A DNA stretch of 64,000 nucleotides, taken from the IMG/VR virus record IMGVR_UViG_3300045135_001635. One strand, given 5' to 3'. The position numbers were made by a program, and so were the translations under genes. This document shows positions 1 to 10,365 of the stretch, one piece after another; position 1 is the stretch's first letter, and the number at the start of each line of letters is the position of its first letter. The notes beneath the pieces are model-generated. The model did not search any database. It was given only the letters and a program-made list of their open reading frames with translations, and was not told the origin of the DNA. Source of the stretch: a virus.

Positions 1-2053
1 TAGTTGACGGGTTTTCAGAAATAAATTGTCCAGTAACCGTGCGCGTAAAATCTAACCAAACAGGTTCTCTAGGATTGCCCCCTTCTCTTGCGGATACAAC
101 AGTTCTTTCCCCTGTATAAGAAGCAGCATAGCTACTTGATCTGGTGTTCGAAAAGGTTAAAGTTCTTGAGTAGTTTCCAACGAAGTCTACATATGTCGTA
201 TTTGTAAACGTCTTAGCGAACGTTGAAGGAACTGTTGGAGTTTGAACACTTCCGCGAGTGTATTGATACCCTTCAGCGTTTAACGTGGTAATATTACTTG
301 CGCTTGTCGCGATCATCTCGCCGTTCCAGATAATACTCACCGCACCAGTATTATCATCAACACGCCACATCGTTTCACCTTGAGTGAAGATTGGTCCTTC
401 TATAGGAGCTGCGCCAGAGCCTAACGTTACATTCTCTGTTACCGTAGCGATACCTTTCTCTCTTACTACAGGAGAAGGAACAGCAAAGTAATATGTTATA
501 ATATATGCTGTTGATGGAGATAGTCCTACAATCTTATTAAGAGAAACGTTCCAACCAGTAGCAACGCCAACACCAACTTCAAATATAACAGGGTTGTATG
601 AAGCATCCATAGTTTCAGGAATAAATACTTCTCCCGAAGCGTCCGAAGAAACTTCAATTGTACGTTGAGCTGAATAATTAGTATCAGTTATCGCTTGAGG
701 ACGTGGATTAGATAAATGGAATAATAATGAATTATCAATACCGCCTAATAGACCAGAAGGTTTAACTGTAACAGAACCATTAGCTCCTGTTATTGTAGTA
801 ACTTCTCTGAAACTAGAACCGATATCCATCTGAACATTAAATAAGTATAAACGATATTCACCGCCAACGTTTTCAATACCACGTACATTAGCTGTACCGA
901 TTCCGCTCAAACTTACTTGCCCGAACGTAGTTAGTTCTGAAATCCCTGTACTTAATGTTTCATCAATAACAACATAGTTACCGTATTGAGCAATTACGCT
1001 GTCGTTGTTTAGGCTGTCTGTTTCTCGAGCCTTTTCTAAATCTATATTTGTCGTACCGAAGTCTAAGCGATATCCGTCAACATAAGCAGTTCCAGGAGTT
1101 ACTTCTAAATCTAAATTAAGGTCGTCTTTTTCATTAAGTACAGTTTTAAATTCTTTGGCTACATAGTCACCAGATTCTTCTTTTGTACGAGTAGCAAGTA
1201 GATCATTAATGATGTTATATGCGTCGTTAGTTTCAACTTCGCGAGTAATAACACCGTCAACTATACGCGCAACGAATACGAAGTTTTCTTCTTCTTGGAC
1301 TTCATTTCTTGTTGTAGGAGTAAGTTCGATTTTAAATCTATGAGCACCAGGAGAAGAAGTATTTGGAAGATCTCCTTGGTTATCAAATAGCCCTTCGTCT
1401 TCACTCTCAGTGATAATAGTTTCTACTATTTTAAATCCGAAGTCTACAGTAGGTGTTGAGCTATACATATCAATATAAACTGACTGTTGTTCAACTTGTA
1501 CAAAGTGGCCATGTACGAAGAATACACCTTCGCTGATTGAGATAATCGTTCCTGTACCAACAGCTGGAATAGTATCGTCGCTTGCTACAGTTAAAGGAAA
1601 GGTTGTAGAGCCGACAGGAGTTAATGTTTGATTTGACGTAACGCGTGGCGCTTCTTCTGAATTAGATAAAGCAGTTGTATCTGTATATTTTACGATAAGT
1701 GTTTGCGGTGAAGTATCTGTAGAAGGGTGATACTCTTCAATTAAGAATTTAACACCTTGACTATTTTGGTATTCTTTCCCTACAATATTATCTGGTACAT
1801 TACTGTTTGTTTGTAGTCTAATATATTCTTTAGAATTATCGACCATAGAACCGCCAGCGTGAACCATAGCACCTTCTTTGAAAATGTTACGTCCAAATTG
1901 AGCCAGTTCTTCATGAAAGATAGACTGTAACTCATTTAGTTCTCGAGCTTGAAGAGCTTTACCAGCATTAAATAATACTCGATGATATCCGTTTGTTTTA
2001 TCGAAGGAATCTCGATATGTTTCTTTAAATGTTTTACTTGTAAAATTAGTCAT
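1..2053 (-). CDS. DUF4815/VrlC-like large baseplate/structural protein (3' end outside window)
   Basis: Not in ORF track because it runs off the edge. Manual translation from ATG at 2053 gives MTNFTSKTFKETYRDSFDKTNGYHRVLFNAGKALQARELNELQSIFHEELAQFGRNIFKEG, the typical N-terminus of this T4-like family; it follows gp8. Confidence 0.8.
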   Translation of the reverse strand, partial: MTNFTSKTFKETYRDSFDKTNGYHRVLFNAGKALQARELNELQSIFHEELAQFGRNIFKEGAMVHAGGSMVDNSKEYIRLQTNSNVPDNIVGKEYQNSQGVKFLIEEYHPSTDTSPQTLIVKYTDTTALSNSEEAPRVTSNQTLTPVGSTTFPLTVASDDTIPAVGTGTIISISEGVFFVHGHFVQVEQQSVYIDMYSSTPTVDFGFKIVETIITESEDEGLFDNQGDLPNTSSPGAHRFKIELTPTTRNEVQEEENFVFVARIVDGVITREVETNDAYNIINDLLATRTKEESGDYVAKEFKTVLNEKDDLNLDLEVTPGTAYVDGYRLDFGTTNIDLEKARETDSLNNDSVIAQYGNYVVIDETLSTGISELTTFGQVSLSGIGTANVRGIENVGGEYRLYLFNVQMDIGSSFREVTTITGANGSVTVKPSGLLGGIDNSLLFHLSNPRPQAITDTNYSAQRTIEVSSDASGEVFIPETMDASYNPVIFEVGVGVATGWNVSLNKIVGLSPSTAYIITYYFAVPSPVVREKGIATVTENVTLGSGAAPIEGPIFTQGETMWRVDDNTGAVSIIWNGEMIATSASNITTLNAEGYQYTRGSVQTPTVPSTFAKTFTNTTYVDFVGNYSRTLTFSNTRSSSYAASYTGERTVVSAREGGNPREPVWLDFTRTVTGQFISENPST

Positions 2054-2062
2054 CAATCAATC

Positions 2063-3394
2063 CTAAACCGTTATAACCACTTTAATATCTTCTTGTTGTT
2101 CTGCGTCACGTCTAATTCTATGACGGTTTTCGATATACAAAACATCACCTGTGAATCTATTTATATTGTTACTTGGAGTGATATAAGATACAGTACCTGT
2201 AAGGACAACACCGACTTGAGTGAGTACTTCACCCACTTGGAAATTGCCGAATCCAGTACTTTCGTTTTGATGAAAGTGAATAATATTATCAACAGATTCA
2301 TCTACATAAGCAATAGCGCCAGACTGAGAACCAACAATAGTTTTACCTGATACAAAAGGGGAAGAGTCTACAAGAGTGATTGTAGGTAATACTTTAGCGG
2401 AAGTATCATCAAAAATATTTCCGTCAGTACCTAATGGAGATTTAATCAACCCAATTTGACGGAATTCGTTTTCAACAATGAATGTTCCATCTTCTTCACC
2501 ATTAGGTTTAGCTGTGAACATAATAGAACTTGTTTTTAAATCATTTATCGCATCAAAGCCAATACCATTTGCGTCAGTAACAACAGTACGAGCAATAGCA
2601 CCAAGACCATCACCTTGAATCTTAACAGAAGCGTGAGTGTAACCAGAACCCATATTAGTCATTTCAATTTTAGTAATATGACCTTGAGCGTTAACATAAG
2701 CAACAGCTGTCGCGCCAGTTCCGTCTCCGATGATTTCAACAGTTGGAGCAGAACTAAAGCCAGAACCTTCTTCTATAATTTCACAACGAATAACTTGACC
2801 GCCAACAGCAGCTTGTTTAACGTTGAATTGTAGATCTTCAATCGGATCTCCAGTGGCTAAATCTGATTCAGGAATATGTACAGGAATATAATTAGATGAA
2901 AGAAAATTTCGAATCGAATTTGGAGTTAACGAATATAAGAACTTCCAAGTATAACCGTCACCCGTCGTAAATGGTTGAGTATAATCTACGCCAAGGACGC
3001 CATAGTTAGGTTCGATTGTTGATACATTAGTTGCGCCTGTTTGAGTGATACCTTTTTCTAAACAGATGTATACTTCTTTAGCGTCATTAATAACATAGAA
3101 TCTTTCTGACTCTTGGCTATTTTTATCAGACCAACCTTCATATTTAGAACCTGAGTTCCAATTATGTCTATTCGTCACATACGTAACGCCTTCAATCTTT
3201 TTTATGGATTGAAGGTTATTCCTGAACTCGCGTTCTTCTAATAGAGAGTCAATAGGGTCTATTACAACGTCTTCTAAGTTATAGACGTCAGACTTACCAA
3301 TACCTATGTAATAACTGTTAACTTGACCTTCTGCATCATTAAGTAGTTGTTGTGATAAACTTTTGCTAATAGATTGTCTAACAATAGCTGACAT
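2063..3394 (-). CDS. gp8: baseplate wedge subunit gp8
   Basis: YYIGIGK, FYVIND..VYICL, TGDGYTWKFLY and C-terminal GDVLYIENR..I.R...QQEDIKVVI motifs. Confidence 0.85.
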   Translation of the reverse strand: MSAIVRQSISKSLSQQLLNDAEGQVNSYYIGIGKSDVYNLEDVVIDPIDSLLEEREFRNNLQSIKKIEGVTYVTNRHNWNSGSKYEGWSDKNSQESERFYVINDAKEVYICLEKGITQTGATNVSTIEPNYGVLGVDYTQPFTTGDGYTWKFLYSLTPNSIRNFLSSNYIPVHIPESDLATGDPIEDLQFNVKQAAVGGQVIRCEIIEEGSGFSSAPTVEIIGDGTGATAVAYVNAQGHITKIEMTNMGSGYTHASVKIQGDGLGAIARTVVTDANGIGFDAINDLKTSSIMFTAKPNGEEDGTFIVENEFRQIGLIKSPLGTDGNIFDDTSAKVLPTITLVDSSPFVSGKTIVGSQSGAIAYVDESVDNIIHFHQNESTGFGNFQVGEVLTQVGVVLTGTVSYITPSNNINRFTGDVLYIENRHRIRRDAEQQEDIKVVITV

Positions 3395-3426
3395 TATTAA
3401 TTATTCCTGTTGAAATTATATAAGTT

Positions 3427-3434
3427 TATTTATA
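3427..3434 (-). promoter_or_regulatory. T4-type late promoter TATAAATA upstream of gp8
   Basis: Exact TATAAATA on minus strand in intergenic gap. Confidence 0.75.
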
Positions 3435-3454
3435 CTCGTTTCAACAGGTTGTTT

Positions 3455-4726
3455 CTATTTTTTATTCTCGACTATTACGTCTAATTGTTGATTAGTTTTG
3501 GTGATACTCAAAATACTAAGATATTGAGATAATTTATTAACCCACCAAGGCATGTCTTCGATGATTAAATGAGCGTTTCTTCCGTCTTGTAAGATTCTCA
3601 TCGCAGGATACATAGCGATAGTCAAATAACCTTGAATCTTTATAGAGTCCGCAATTTGCTTAATAACATTATCAATGAGGTTCGGTTCAACGTGTTCTAA
3701 TACATCTATACAAATTAAGAAGTCTTTTGGTGTTTGTACGCCCTCTTTACCCTCTATTCCTGGGTCGTATTCATATACTTTATACGGAGCGTCTTTTGGT
3801 ATATTATTTTTAAAACTACTTGACCCACAACCATAATCTAAAACCTCTTTAGCGTCATTAGATAGTAGCCAGTTATGAAGTGTATCTATCATAGCGCCAG
3901 CACTTGTACCCCAGTGTTGAGTTTTATGTTCAGACTTTAGTAACGTCATATAATCGTCAGATACAAGATGTTCTGTAAAGAATGCTGAGGAGTGTTTCAA
4001 TTCTGTTTGATTAGGTAAATCTAAATTTTGATTAAGATCATCTAAATTTACATAAGGAACTAAATCGTTTATTTTAGAATCAGGACTAATAGAGAAAATT
4101 TCAATACCGCGCTTCATACACTCTTTTGAGAACCAATCTAAATAATGATAAAGATGATTATATAAGTTCATATTCCAAGCGTCTTGGTCCTTCGTCATCT
4201 CTCGACCATCAAAGTACGACTTATCACTTACCTCAAAATCTACCCCAGCAAGATAAATCTTTTTAAATCCCATATGTAACATAATGTTCATCGTAGTAGA
4301 GAAAACGTTCTTTTCCCATATAATGTTCTCACTTTCGGGCGAAGCGCATTCAAATATATCCATAGGTTCTTTTGTAGGGAACATGTTTCCAAAATATGTA
4401 AATGGATATTCGTATAGTTTACGACCGTCAAGAATACGTTCGTGTAAACCACCTCTTAGAATTTTAGGGAAAGATTCTTTATATACATGTTCGTCATAGC
4501 AAGAAGGTTCATCCATTCCAACCCAAATATCAGGGCGAACTTTAGGATAAGTTGTATTGACTCCGACAACAGTTTTCCCTGAACCCGATAATTTTGAAAT
4601 GTCGATTTTATTTAATGAAGGACCACCGCCGACGAATATTCCGACATTCATATTTTCTTCTACATACGACTCAAGAAATTTCCAACTGTTTCCGTTATGA
4701 TACATTAATGGTGTACGTTTAGACAT
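3455..4726 (-). CDS. fusion: Maf/DUF115-like (GT-like Rossmann) domain + class I SAM methyltransferase
   Basis: N-half VGGGPSL...GVN...HMGFKKIYLAGVDF; C-half VLDYGCG, YDPG, CIDVLEHVEP, GRNAHLI. Confidence 0.7.
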   Translation of the reverse strand: MSKRTPLMYHNGNSWKFLESYVEENMNVGIFVGGGPSLNKIDISKLSGSGKTVVGVNTTYPKVRPDIWVGMDEPSCYDEHVYKESFPKILRGGLHERILDGRKLYEYPFTYFGNMFPTKEPMDIFECASPESENIIWEKNVFSTTMNIMLHMGFKKIYLAGVDFEVSDKSYFDGREMTKDQDAWNMNLYNHLYHYLDWFSKECMKRGIEIFSISPDSKINDLVPYVNLDDLNQNLDLPNQTELKHSSAFFTEHLVSDDYMTLLKSEHKTQHWGTSAGAMIDTLHNWLLSNDAKEVLDYGCGSSSFKNNIPKDAPYKVYEYDPGIEGKEGVQTPKDFLICIDVLEHVEPNLIDNVIKQIADSIKIQGYLTIAMYPAMRILQDGRNAHLIIEDMPWWVNKLSQYLSILSITKTNQQLDVIVENKK

Positions 4727-4778
4727 TATATAGCTCTCAAAAAAAAGGACACCAATATATAGTGCCCTTTTAAGTCAG

Positions 4779-7271
4779 TTATAAATTACCCAACTTCACC
4801 CTGAGTTTTCCGCCAGCATCGTAGATTGTAATGTTATCACCGCCAAATTCTATTCTCGCGCCAGAATCAGCAGTATTACGTAATCCGTTAAGACTTAATA
4901 TACCGCCGGAGTTAGTTGTAACTTCAGTGAAAGTCTTATCAGCTGTACCATTATAGTCAACACCTTGATATTGGAATACTCTACCAGTTTGTATATGCCA
5001 ATAAGTGTCGTGTTTTAATAAAACATTTTCACCTCTAAATTGGCGTATAATATCTGATTTAGAATTAGTACCAGTATCAGAATTAACTGTAGCGTCTGTA
5101 TCAAAAACTATCGCATTACCAGCTGAACCCATAGGACCAGAAGGACCGATTGTACCTGTAGGACCTTTTGACCCAGGATTACCGCGACTACCGCGAGGAC
5201 CAGCCGAACCACGAGGACCTTGCGTACCTTGTGGTCCTTGAGTACCCCTGATACCAGTAGGACCAGCCGAACCACGAGGACCTTGCGTACCTTGTGGTCC
5301 TTGAGTACCCCTGATACCAGTAGGACCAGCCGAACCACGAGGACCTTGAGTACCTTGAGGACCAGAAGGACCTCTGATACCAGTAGGACCAGCCGAACCA
5401 CGAGGACCTTGAGTACCTTGAGGACCAGAAGGACCTTGAATACCCGTCACACCGCGAGGACCAATAGTACCTTTAGGACCTTGTGATCCTTGGATACCAG
5501 TTACACCGCGAGGACCAATAGTACCTTTAGGACCTTGTGTACCTTGCGGACCTTGAGATCCTTGAATACCAGTCGCGCCACGAGGACCTTGTGTACCTTG
5601 CGGACCGCGAGTACCTTGGATACCTTGAGAACCTTGAATACCAGTCGCGCCACGAGGACCCTGAGTACCTTTAGGACCCTGAGTACCACGAGGACCTTGA
5701 GAACCTTGAATACCAGTCGCGCCACGAGGACCCTGAGTACCTTTAGGACCCTGAGTACCACGAGGACCTTGAGAACCTTGCGGTCCAGAAGGACCTTGAA
5801 TACCAGTCGCGCCACGAGGACCAATCGTACCTTTAGGACCCTGAGAACCTTGAATACCAGTCGCACCGCGAGGACCTTGTGTACCTTGCGGTCCTTGTGT
5901 TCCGCGAGGACCCTGAGTACCTTGAGGACCTTGAGTACCTTGAGGACCTTGAGTACCTTGAGGTCCACGAGTACCTTGCTTACCTTGAGGACCAGAAGGA
6001 CCGACTATACCTGTTGGACCAACAACCCCCGTAGGACCTTCAATCCCACGAGTACCTCTTTGTCCAGTTTGACCCCGAGTACCTTGAGGTCCAGTAACGC
6101 CTTGGATACCAGTAGGACCTTGAATACCAGTAGGACCATTAATACCCGTGACGCCTTGGATACCTTGAGTACCTTGAGGTCCTTGGGTTCCTTGAGGTCC
6201 TTGTGTTCCCTGAGGTCCAGTAACGCCTTGAATACCTTGCGTACCTTTAGGACCCTGAGTACCACGAGGACCAGTAACGCCTTGGATACCAGTAACGCCT
6301 TGGATACCTTGAGTACCTTTAGGTCCTTGAGTTCCTTGAGGACCAGTAACGCCTTGAATTCCAGTAGGACCTTGAATACCCTGAGTACCTTTAGGACCCT
6401 GAGTTCCTTGCGGTCCTTGTGTTCCCTGAATACCAGTAACGCCTTGGATACCTTGAGTACCTTTAGGTCCTTGAGTTCCTTGAGGACCCGTAGGACCTTG
6501 GATACCAGTAACGCCTTGGATACCTTGAGTTCCCTTAGGACCCTGAGTTCCCTTAGGACCCTGAGTACCTTTAGGACCGATTGTACCCTGAATACCTTGA
6601 GAACCTTTAATACCTTGACTTCCGCGAGGACCCTGAGTACCTTGAGGACCAGTAACGCCTTGAATACCCTGAGTACCTTGCGGTCCTTGCGTGCCTTGAG
6701 GACCCTGAGTACCTTGAGGACCGATTGTACCTTGAGTTCCCTGAGGACCCTGAGTACCTTGCGGTCCTTGTTGTCCAGTAGGACCTACGATACCCTGAGT
6801 ACCTTTAGGACCCTGAGTTCCTTGCGGTCCTTGTTGTCCAGTAGGACCTTGGATACCTTGAGTTCCTTGCGGTCCTTGGATACCTTGAGTTCCTTGGGCA
6901 CCCGTAGCACCGCGAGGACCAGTAGGACCTACGATACCATCAATACCAGCAATACCCACGATAGTAGGTTCTTCCCACTCACTTTCAATCGTTTCATTAT
7001 ATGAAGGATTGCCGACGATTACGCGACGGCATTCCCAAAGAATAGGAAAAGATTGGCTTAAATTTTCACCGAACGTAGTCCAAGAAATACCGTCAACGCT
7101 ACCTGAAGGTGATGGGTTATTATACCCCCAACTATTTTTAGGTAGTTGACCCGATAAAAAATCAGAAGCGTCTGTTATAGACGCAACTGTTCTTGAGTAA
7201 ATATATTCATAACCAACAGCATCGCTTACGTCTGTAAACGATATTGATGAAGATGCGGTTAACGTCGGCAT
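4779..7271 (-). CDS. collagen-like tail fibre/whisker protein
   Basis: About 205 consecutive Gly-X-Y triplets flanked by globular domains; C-terminal [17 protein letters not shown] resembles tail fibre/tip ends. Confidence 0.85.
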   Translation of the reverse strand: MPTLTASSSISFTDVSDAVGYEYIYSRTVASITDASDFLSGQLPKNSWGYNNPSPSGSVDGISWTTFGENLSQSFPILWECRRVIVGNPSYNETIESEWEEPTIVGIAGIDGIVGPTGPRGATGAQGTQGIQGPQGTQGIQGPTGQQGPQGTQGPKGTQGIVGPTGQQGPQGTQGPQGTQGTIGPQGTQGPQGTQGPQGTQGIQGVTGPQGTQGPRGSQGIKGSQGIQGTIGPKGTQGPKGTQGPKGTQGIQGVTGIQGPTGPQGTQGPKGTQGIQGVTGIQGTQGPQGTQGPKGTQGIQGPTGIQGVTGPQGTQGPKGTQGIQGVTGIQGVTGPRGTQGPKGTQGIQGVTGPQGTQGPQGTQGPQGTQGIQGVTGINGPTGIQGPTGIQGVTGPQGTRGQTGQRGTRGIEGPTGVVGPTGIVGPSGPQGKQGTRGPQGTQGPQGTQGPQGTQGPRGTQGPQGTQGPRGATGIQGSQGPKGTIGPRGATGIQGPSGPQGSQGPRGTQGPKGTQGPRGATGIQGSQGPRGTQGPKGTQGPRGATGIQGSQGIQGTRGPQGTQGPRGATGIQGSQGPQGTQGPKGTIGPRGVTGIQGSQGPKGTIGPRGVTGIQGPSGPQGTQGPRGSAGPTGIRGPSGPQGTQGPRGSAGPTGIRGTQGPQGTQGPRGSAGPTGIRGTQGPQGTQGPRGSAGPRGSRGNPGSKGPTGTIGPSGPMGSAGNAIVFDTDATVNSDTGTNSKSDIIRQFRGENVLLKHDTYWHIQTGRVFQYQGVDYNGTADKTFTEVTTNSGGILSLNGLRNTADSGARIEFGGDNITIYDAGGKLRVKLGNL
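5112..6956 (-). repeat. 9-bp-period collagen Gly-X-Y coding repeat with higher-order duplications
   Basis: 1845 nt of ggacc/gtacc/ttgag-type units; higher-order blocks such as [18 protein letters not shown] recur. Confidence 0.95.
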
Positions 7272-7285
7272 TTAAAACCCCTTTT

Positions 7286-8473
7286 TTATGGAGTTGTTAC
7301 TGTCGCTACACAACGAATACTAATTGGAACGCCAGTATCAGGTATATTAGACGGAGATACAATAACCTGATTTGTATTAAACGCTACACCATTCGCTGAA
7401 CGACCTACAGATAAAGGAGCGCCAGAAGCATCAGTTTGAACTTCTAAGCTGTCTGTAGCAACAAAAACTTGTTCCCCTGTAACGAATTCCCAATCATAAG
7501 CGATTGTAACACCGCCAACACCATCGGTCAATTGACTTCCGTCATTTGCGTCAAATACATTAGCGGTTAATGTAACAGGGTCGCCAGAGTTATTACGGAA
7601 TACGGTTGGTCCGTTAGCAGTTACTTCAACATAAACAGCAGCACGACCAGCACGAACTTTTGCGAATGTTACGGCGTCTTTACCTTGCTCACCAGATACA
7701 CGAACTGAAAGAGTTTCAGCAGAATCACCTAAGTTAGAAGGTTGAATTTCAAGACGAGCATTAGAGTTTAAGTTATTTGGTAATGTTCCTGTACTAAACG
7801 CACCAGAAGCATCATTATCAAAACCAGAAATACCACCAGCATCAGCTGAAGTTGCTGTTTGACTTTGGAACGGAGCACCGTCTAAAGAAGTTTCGTAACT
7901 TAATTCTCCAGGATTACCAGCAATATCAAATAAGATAGTACTTGCTGATTGACCTGATAAAAGTTCGCCGTCCGCGTTAGCAGAGAACATTTGGCTTGAA
8001 GGAACCATCTTAATTACAGTACCACCAGCACCGTCTTGGATTCGGTTAACAGATAATTCTAAGTTAAATGATCCTACAGTACCGTTGTTGTTATACGTAA
8101 CAGGAACTACGATTGACGCAGAAGAAGGAACGCCAACAGCATCGGCATAAATTGTACCAGCATCTTTTGTTACGCCACCGCCAATATCGAAGCCATTAGT
8201 TTGAGATACTTGAAATTCCCAACCACTTACGGCTGATATTGAACCAATTGTGAATTGGCCAGCAGAAGGAGTGCCAGTCGTGAATGTTTGAGCTGAACCC
8301 CCAACAAACACTTTTACGTTACACGAGAAATCTCTTCGAGTAGCATCAGATACAACTCCTGCGTCATTTGCCGCAAATGTATGGTTTTCGTTAGTTAAAA
8401 ATGCTGATACAGAACTTTGTCCGTCAGCTAAGTCAGTTAGTGTTATGGCAGCAGTAGCTGTACGAATTGCCAT
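7286..8473 (-). CDS. putative tail fibre-associated beta-rich structural protein
   Basis: Gly/Ser/Thr-rich; LTNENHTF.A...G.V motif seen in phage tail proteins; lies between collagen fibre and gp9/10-like gene. Confidence 0.55.
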   Translation of the reverse strand: MAIRTATAAITLTDLADGQSSVSAFLTNENHTFAANDAGVVSDATRRDFSCNVKVFVGGSAQTFTTGTPSAGQFTIGSISAVSGWEFQVSQTNGFDIGGGVTKDAGTIYADAVGVPSSASIVVPVTYNNNGTVGSFNLELSVNRIQDGAGGTVIKMVPSSQMFSANADGELLSGQSASTILFDIAGNPGELSYETSLDGAPFQSQTATSADAGGISGFDNDASGAFSTGTLPNNLNSNARLEIQPSNLGDSAETLSVRVSGEQGKDAVTFAKVRAGRAAVYVEVTANGPTVFRNNSGDPVTLTANVFDANDGSQLTDGVGGVTIAYDWEFVTGEQVFVATDSLEVQTDASGAPLSVGRSANGVAFNTNQVIVSPSNIPDTGVPISIRCVATVTTP

Positions 8474-8475
8474 GA

Positions 8476-9447
8476 TTAGTTTCCTTTTTCGGTTATAATT
8501 AATTGAATTGGAAGAGTTCCGTTATTCGGAACTGCTTGGGCTTCTATTGAAATTGTTTTTAAATCTGAGCCATTAAATGTATTTAGCTCGCTTTGAGTTG
8601 TAGCAGGTACTCCGTACCCTAATGGACATAATCCGTTAGTATCAACAGTAACGATATTACCGTTAATGTGTGAAACTCGTTTGGTTGTAGGATTAATACA
8701 AACCAATTCATTCCCCCCTTTCAGCCATTCATAATGATAGTTTGAATAATCTGAATCAGAAATTTGAATATCGTTATTTGTTATGAATGCTGATAAATCA
8801 GTTTCGCCTTGGTCGTTTCTAAAAATGTTACCGTTACTTGTAATAATATCAACCTGTAGATTCTCTACACCACGGTCAAAAATAAGTATCGGATCAGACC
8901 AATTACTTGATAGAATAGTTTTTGAAGATTCTGTTGTGAATACAGACACTTGAATAGCGTGAACGTACCTTCCAGATTCAGGAATTAAAAACTGCCATTG
9001 CCCGAGCGTTTCGCCGTTTTGTATAGGCTCAAGAGAATTTGTCTCGAACGAATATATTAAATCAACATCAATATCTTCACTAATAGGTAATGTCTTTTCG
9101 TTAGAAGATTTATACAGCATTATGTTAATTGAGTTTACATTATCTACTGTAGATTCTACTTTACTTTGAAGGTCTATTAAGATGTTATCGTGATTACCTA
9201 TTTTAGCTTCAGTTTGCGAAATTCTATTATCATAATCCGAATCCAAAACGTTCGTTAATTCTAAAGAAACGCTCTGAGATATTAAATCTTCTAATACATT
9301 TAAGTCTATATTTCCGCCAGACCCACCAGCAGATATAAGTTGATTAAGAAAATTAAAGTTCTCATTAATCTTAATACCCACTTGTCTGAGAGTATCGCCT
9401 TGACCATCGTTGGCAGCATTACCTATATTAATTGGTTGAATCGACAT
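8476..9447 (-). CDS. baseplate gp9/gp10-like N-terminal domain protein (fibre attachment)
   Basis: N-terminal INIGNAANDGQGDTLR..GIKINENF motif, then coiled coil. Confidence 0.7.
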   Translation of the reverse strand: MSIQPINIGNAANDGQGDTLRQVGIKINENFNFLNQLISAGGSGGNIDLNVLEDLISQSVSLELTNVLDSDYDNRISQTEAKIGNHDNILIDLQSKVESTVDNVNSINIMLYKSSNEKTLPISEDIDVDLIYSFETNSLEPIQNGETLGQWQFLIPESGRYVHAIQVSVFTTESSKTILSSNWSDPILIFDRGVENLQVDIITSNGNIFRNDQGETDLSAFITNNDIQISDSDYSNYHYEWLKGGNELVCINPTTKRVSHINGNIVTVDTNGLCPLGYGVPATTQSELNTFNGSDLKTISIEAQAVPNNGTLPIQLIITEKGN

Positions 9448-9456
9448 CTTTAGTTC

Positions 9457-10365
9457 CTATAAGTAAATATCTTGATCGAAAGTTGGTAAATTTGCGTTCG
9501 TCTCATCTATTGTCGCCGGAGTATTTAAATCCGCGAGGTCATAAATTGTTAAGTAACCTTGGGCAATTAAACTTTCGAATGTTTCTGACGAATAATCACT
9601 CAACAAAGGTATAGAACTTATATTTAGTCCTGTATCAGTCAAGTCCGTTTCTGTTAATACTGTTAAAGTCCAATTTGAAGATACTTTAGATAAAACCGTA
9701 TTTTCTAACGGTAATGGATAATTTATTTCTAAAGGATCGATTGTTTCTCCAACACTTACGCCCATTGAAGCTTCACTTTGAGTTACAACGTCCGCAGATA
9801 AGTAGAATCCTGCTGGGTGTACGAACTTACGATATAGCGCTTCATAGTCTGAGAAAGAAAGACCAGTCTTAATATTGACAGAGAATATTTGATATCTTCT
9901 ATTATCGGTAATGTATTTAAGACTTTCGGTTCCAATCTTAGAATCATTTAAAATAAAGACATTATTCTTTGGGTAGGATATCTCAACGTCTTCAGCAAAG
10001 AATGATTTAAAGAATTGCTCAACAGATATTTGAGTACCCTTCGCGCGATAGAAGTCAGAAATTAACTTAACCATCAAGCGAGGGTTTTGCGCGAACGAGT
10101 TAGTTTTTAATCCTTCGCCAACTTCAGATAATATTAGATCCAATGTTTCTAAATTAGTAGAGGTTATGTCGCGGATATCAAATAACGTTTTAATTTGGTG
10201 TTCAAACGATCCAGGATTACTTTCACCAGCATATTCATAATATGTTTCTAAGAATGATACAAGATTCGGATACATTTCTACCATTGCTTCAGGTAACAGT
10301 TGAGTTACCTGATTGGAATGAAATCTTGTTTTTAATCGAGGACTATTTAAACGAACATTTAACAT
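9457..10365 (-). CDS. gp7: baseplate wedge subunit gp7-like (short form)
   Basis: YP.LVSFLETYYE, FYRAKGT..S...FF and FVHPAGF motifs; directly after gp6. Confidence 0.7.
   Translation of the reverse strand: MLNVRLNSPRLKTRFHSNQVTQLLPEAMVEMYPNLVSFLETYYEYAGESNPGSFEHQIKTLFDIRDITSTNLETLDLILSEVGEGLKTNSFAQNPRLMVKLISDFYRAKGTQISVEQFFKSFFAEDVEISYPKNNVFILNDSKIGTESLKYITDNRRYQIFSVNIKTGLSFSDYEALYRKFVHPAGFYLSADVVTQSEASMGVSVGETIDPLEINYPLPLENTVLSKVSSNWTLTVLTETDLTDTGLNISSIPLLSDYSSETFESLIAQGYLTIYDLADLNTPATIDETNANLPTFDQDIYL

Noticed and set aside
5112-6956. Possible CRISPR array or satellite
   Set aside because: No constant repeat with unique spacers; variation is mainly synonymous in a Gly-X-Y frame.
5005-7004. 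Long alternative-frame and antisense ORFs (504 aa RTLST-repeat, VLKVLK-repeat)
   Set aside because: By-products of the 9-bp collagen periodicity; no SD, promoter or plausible composition.
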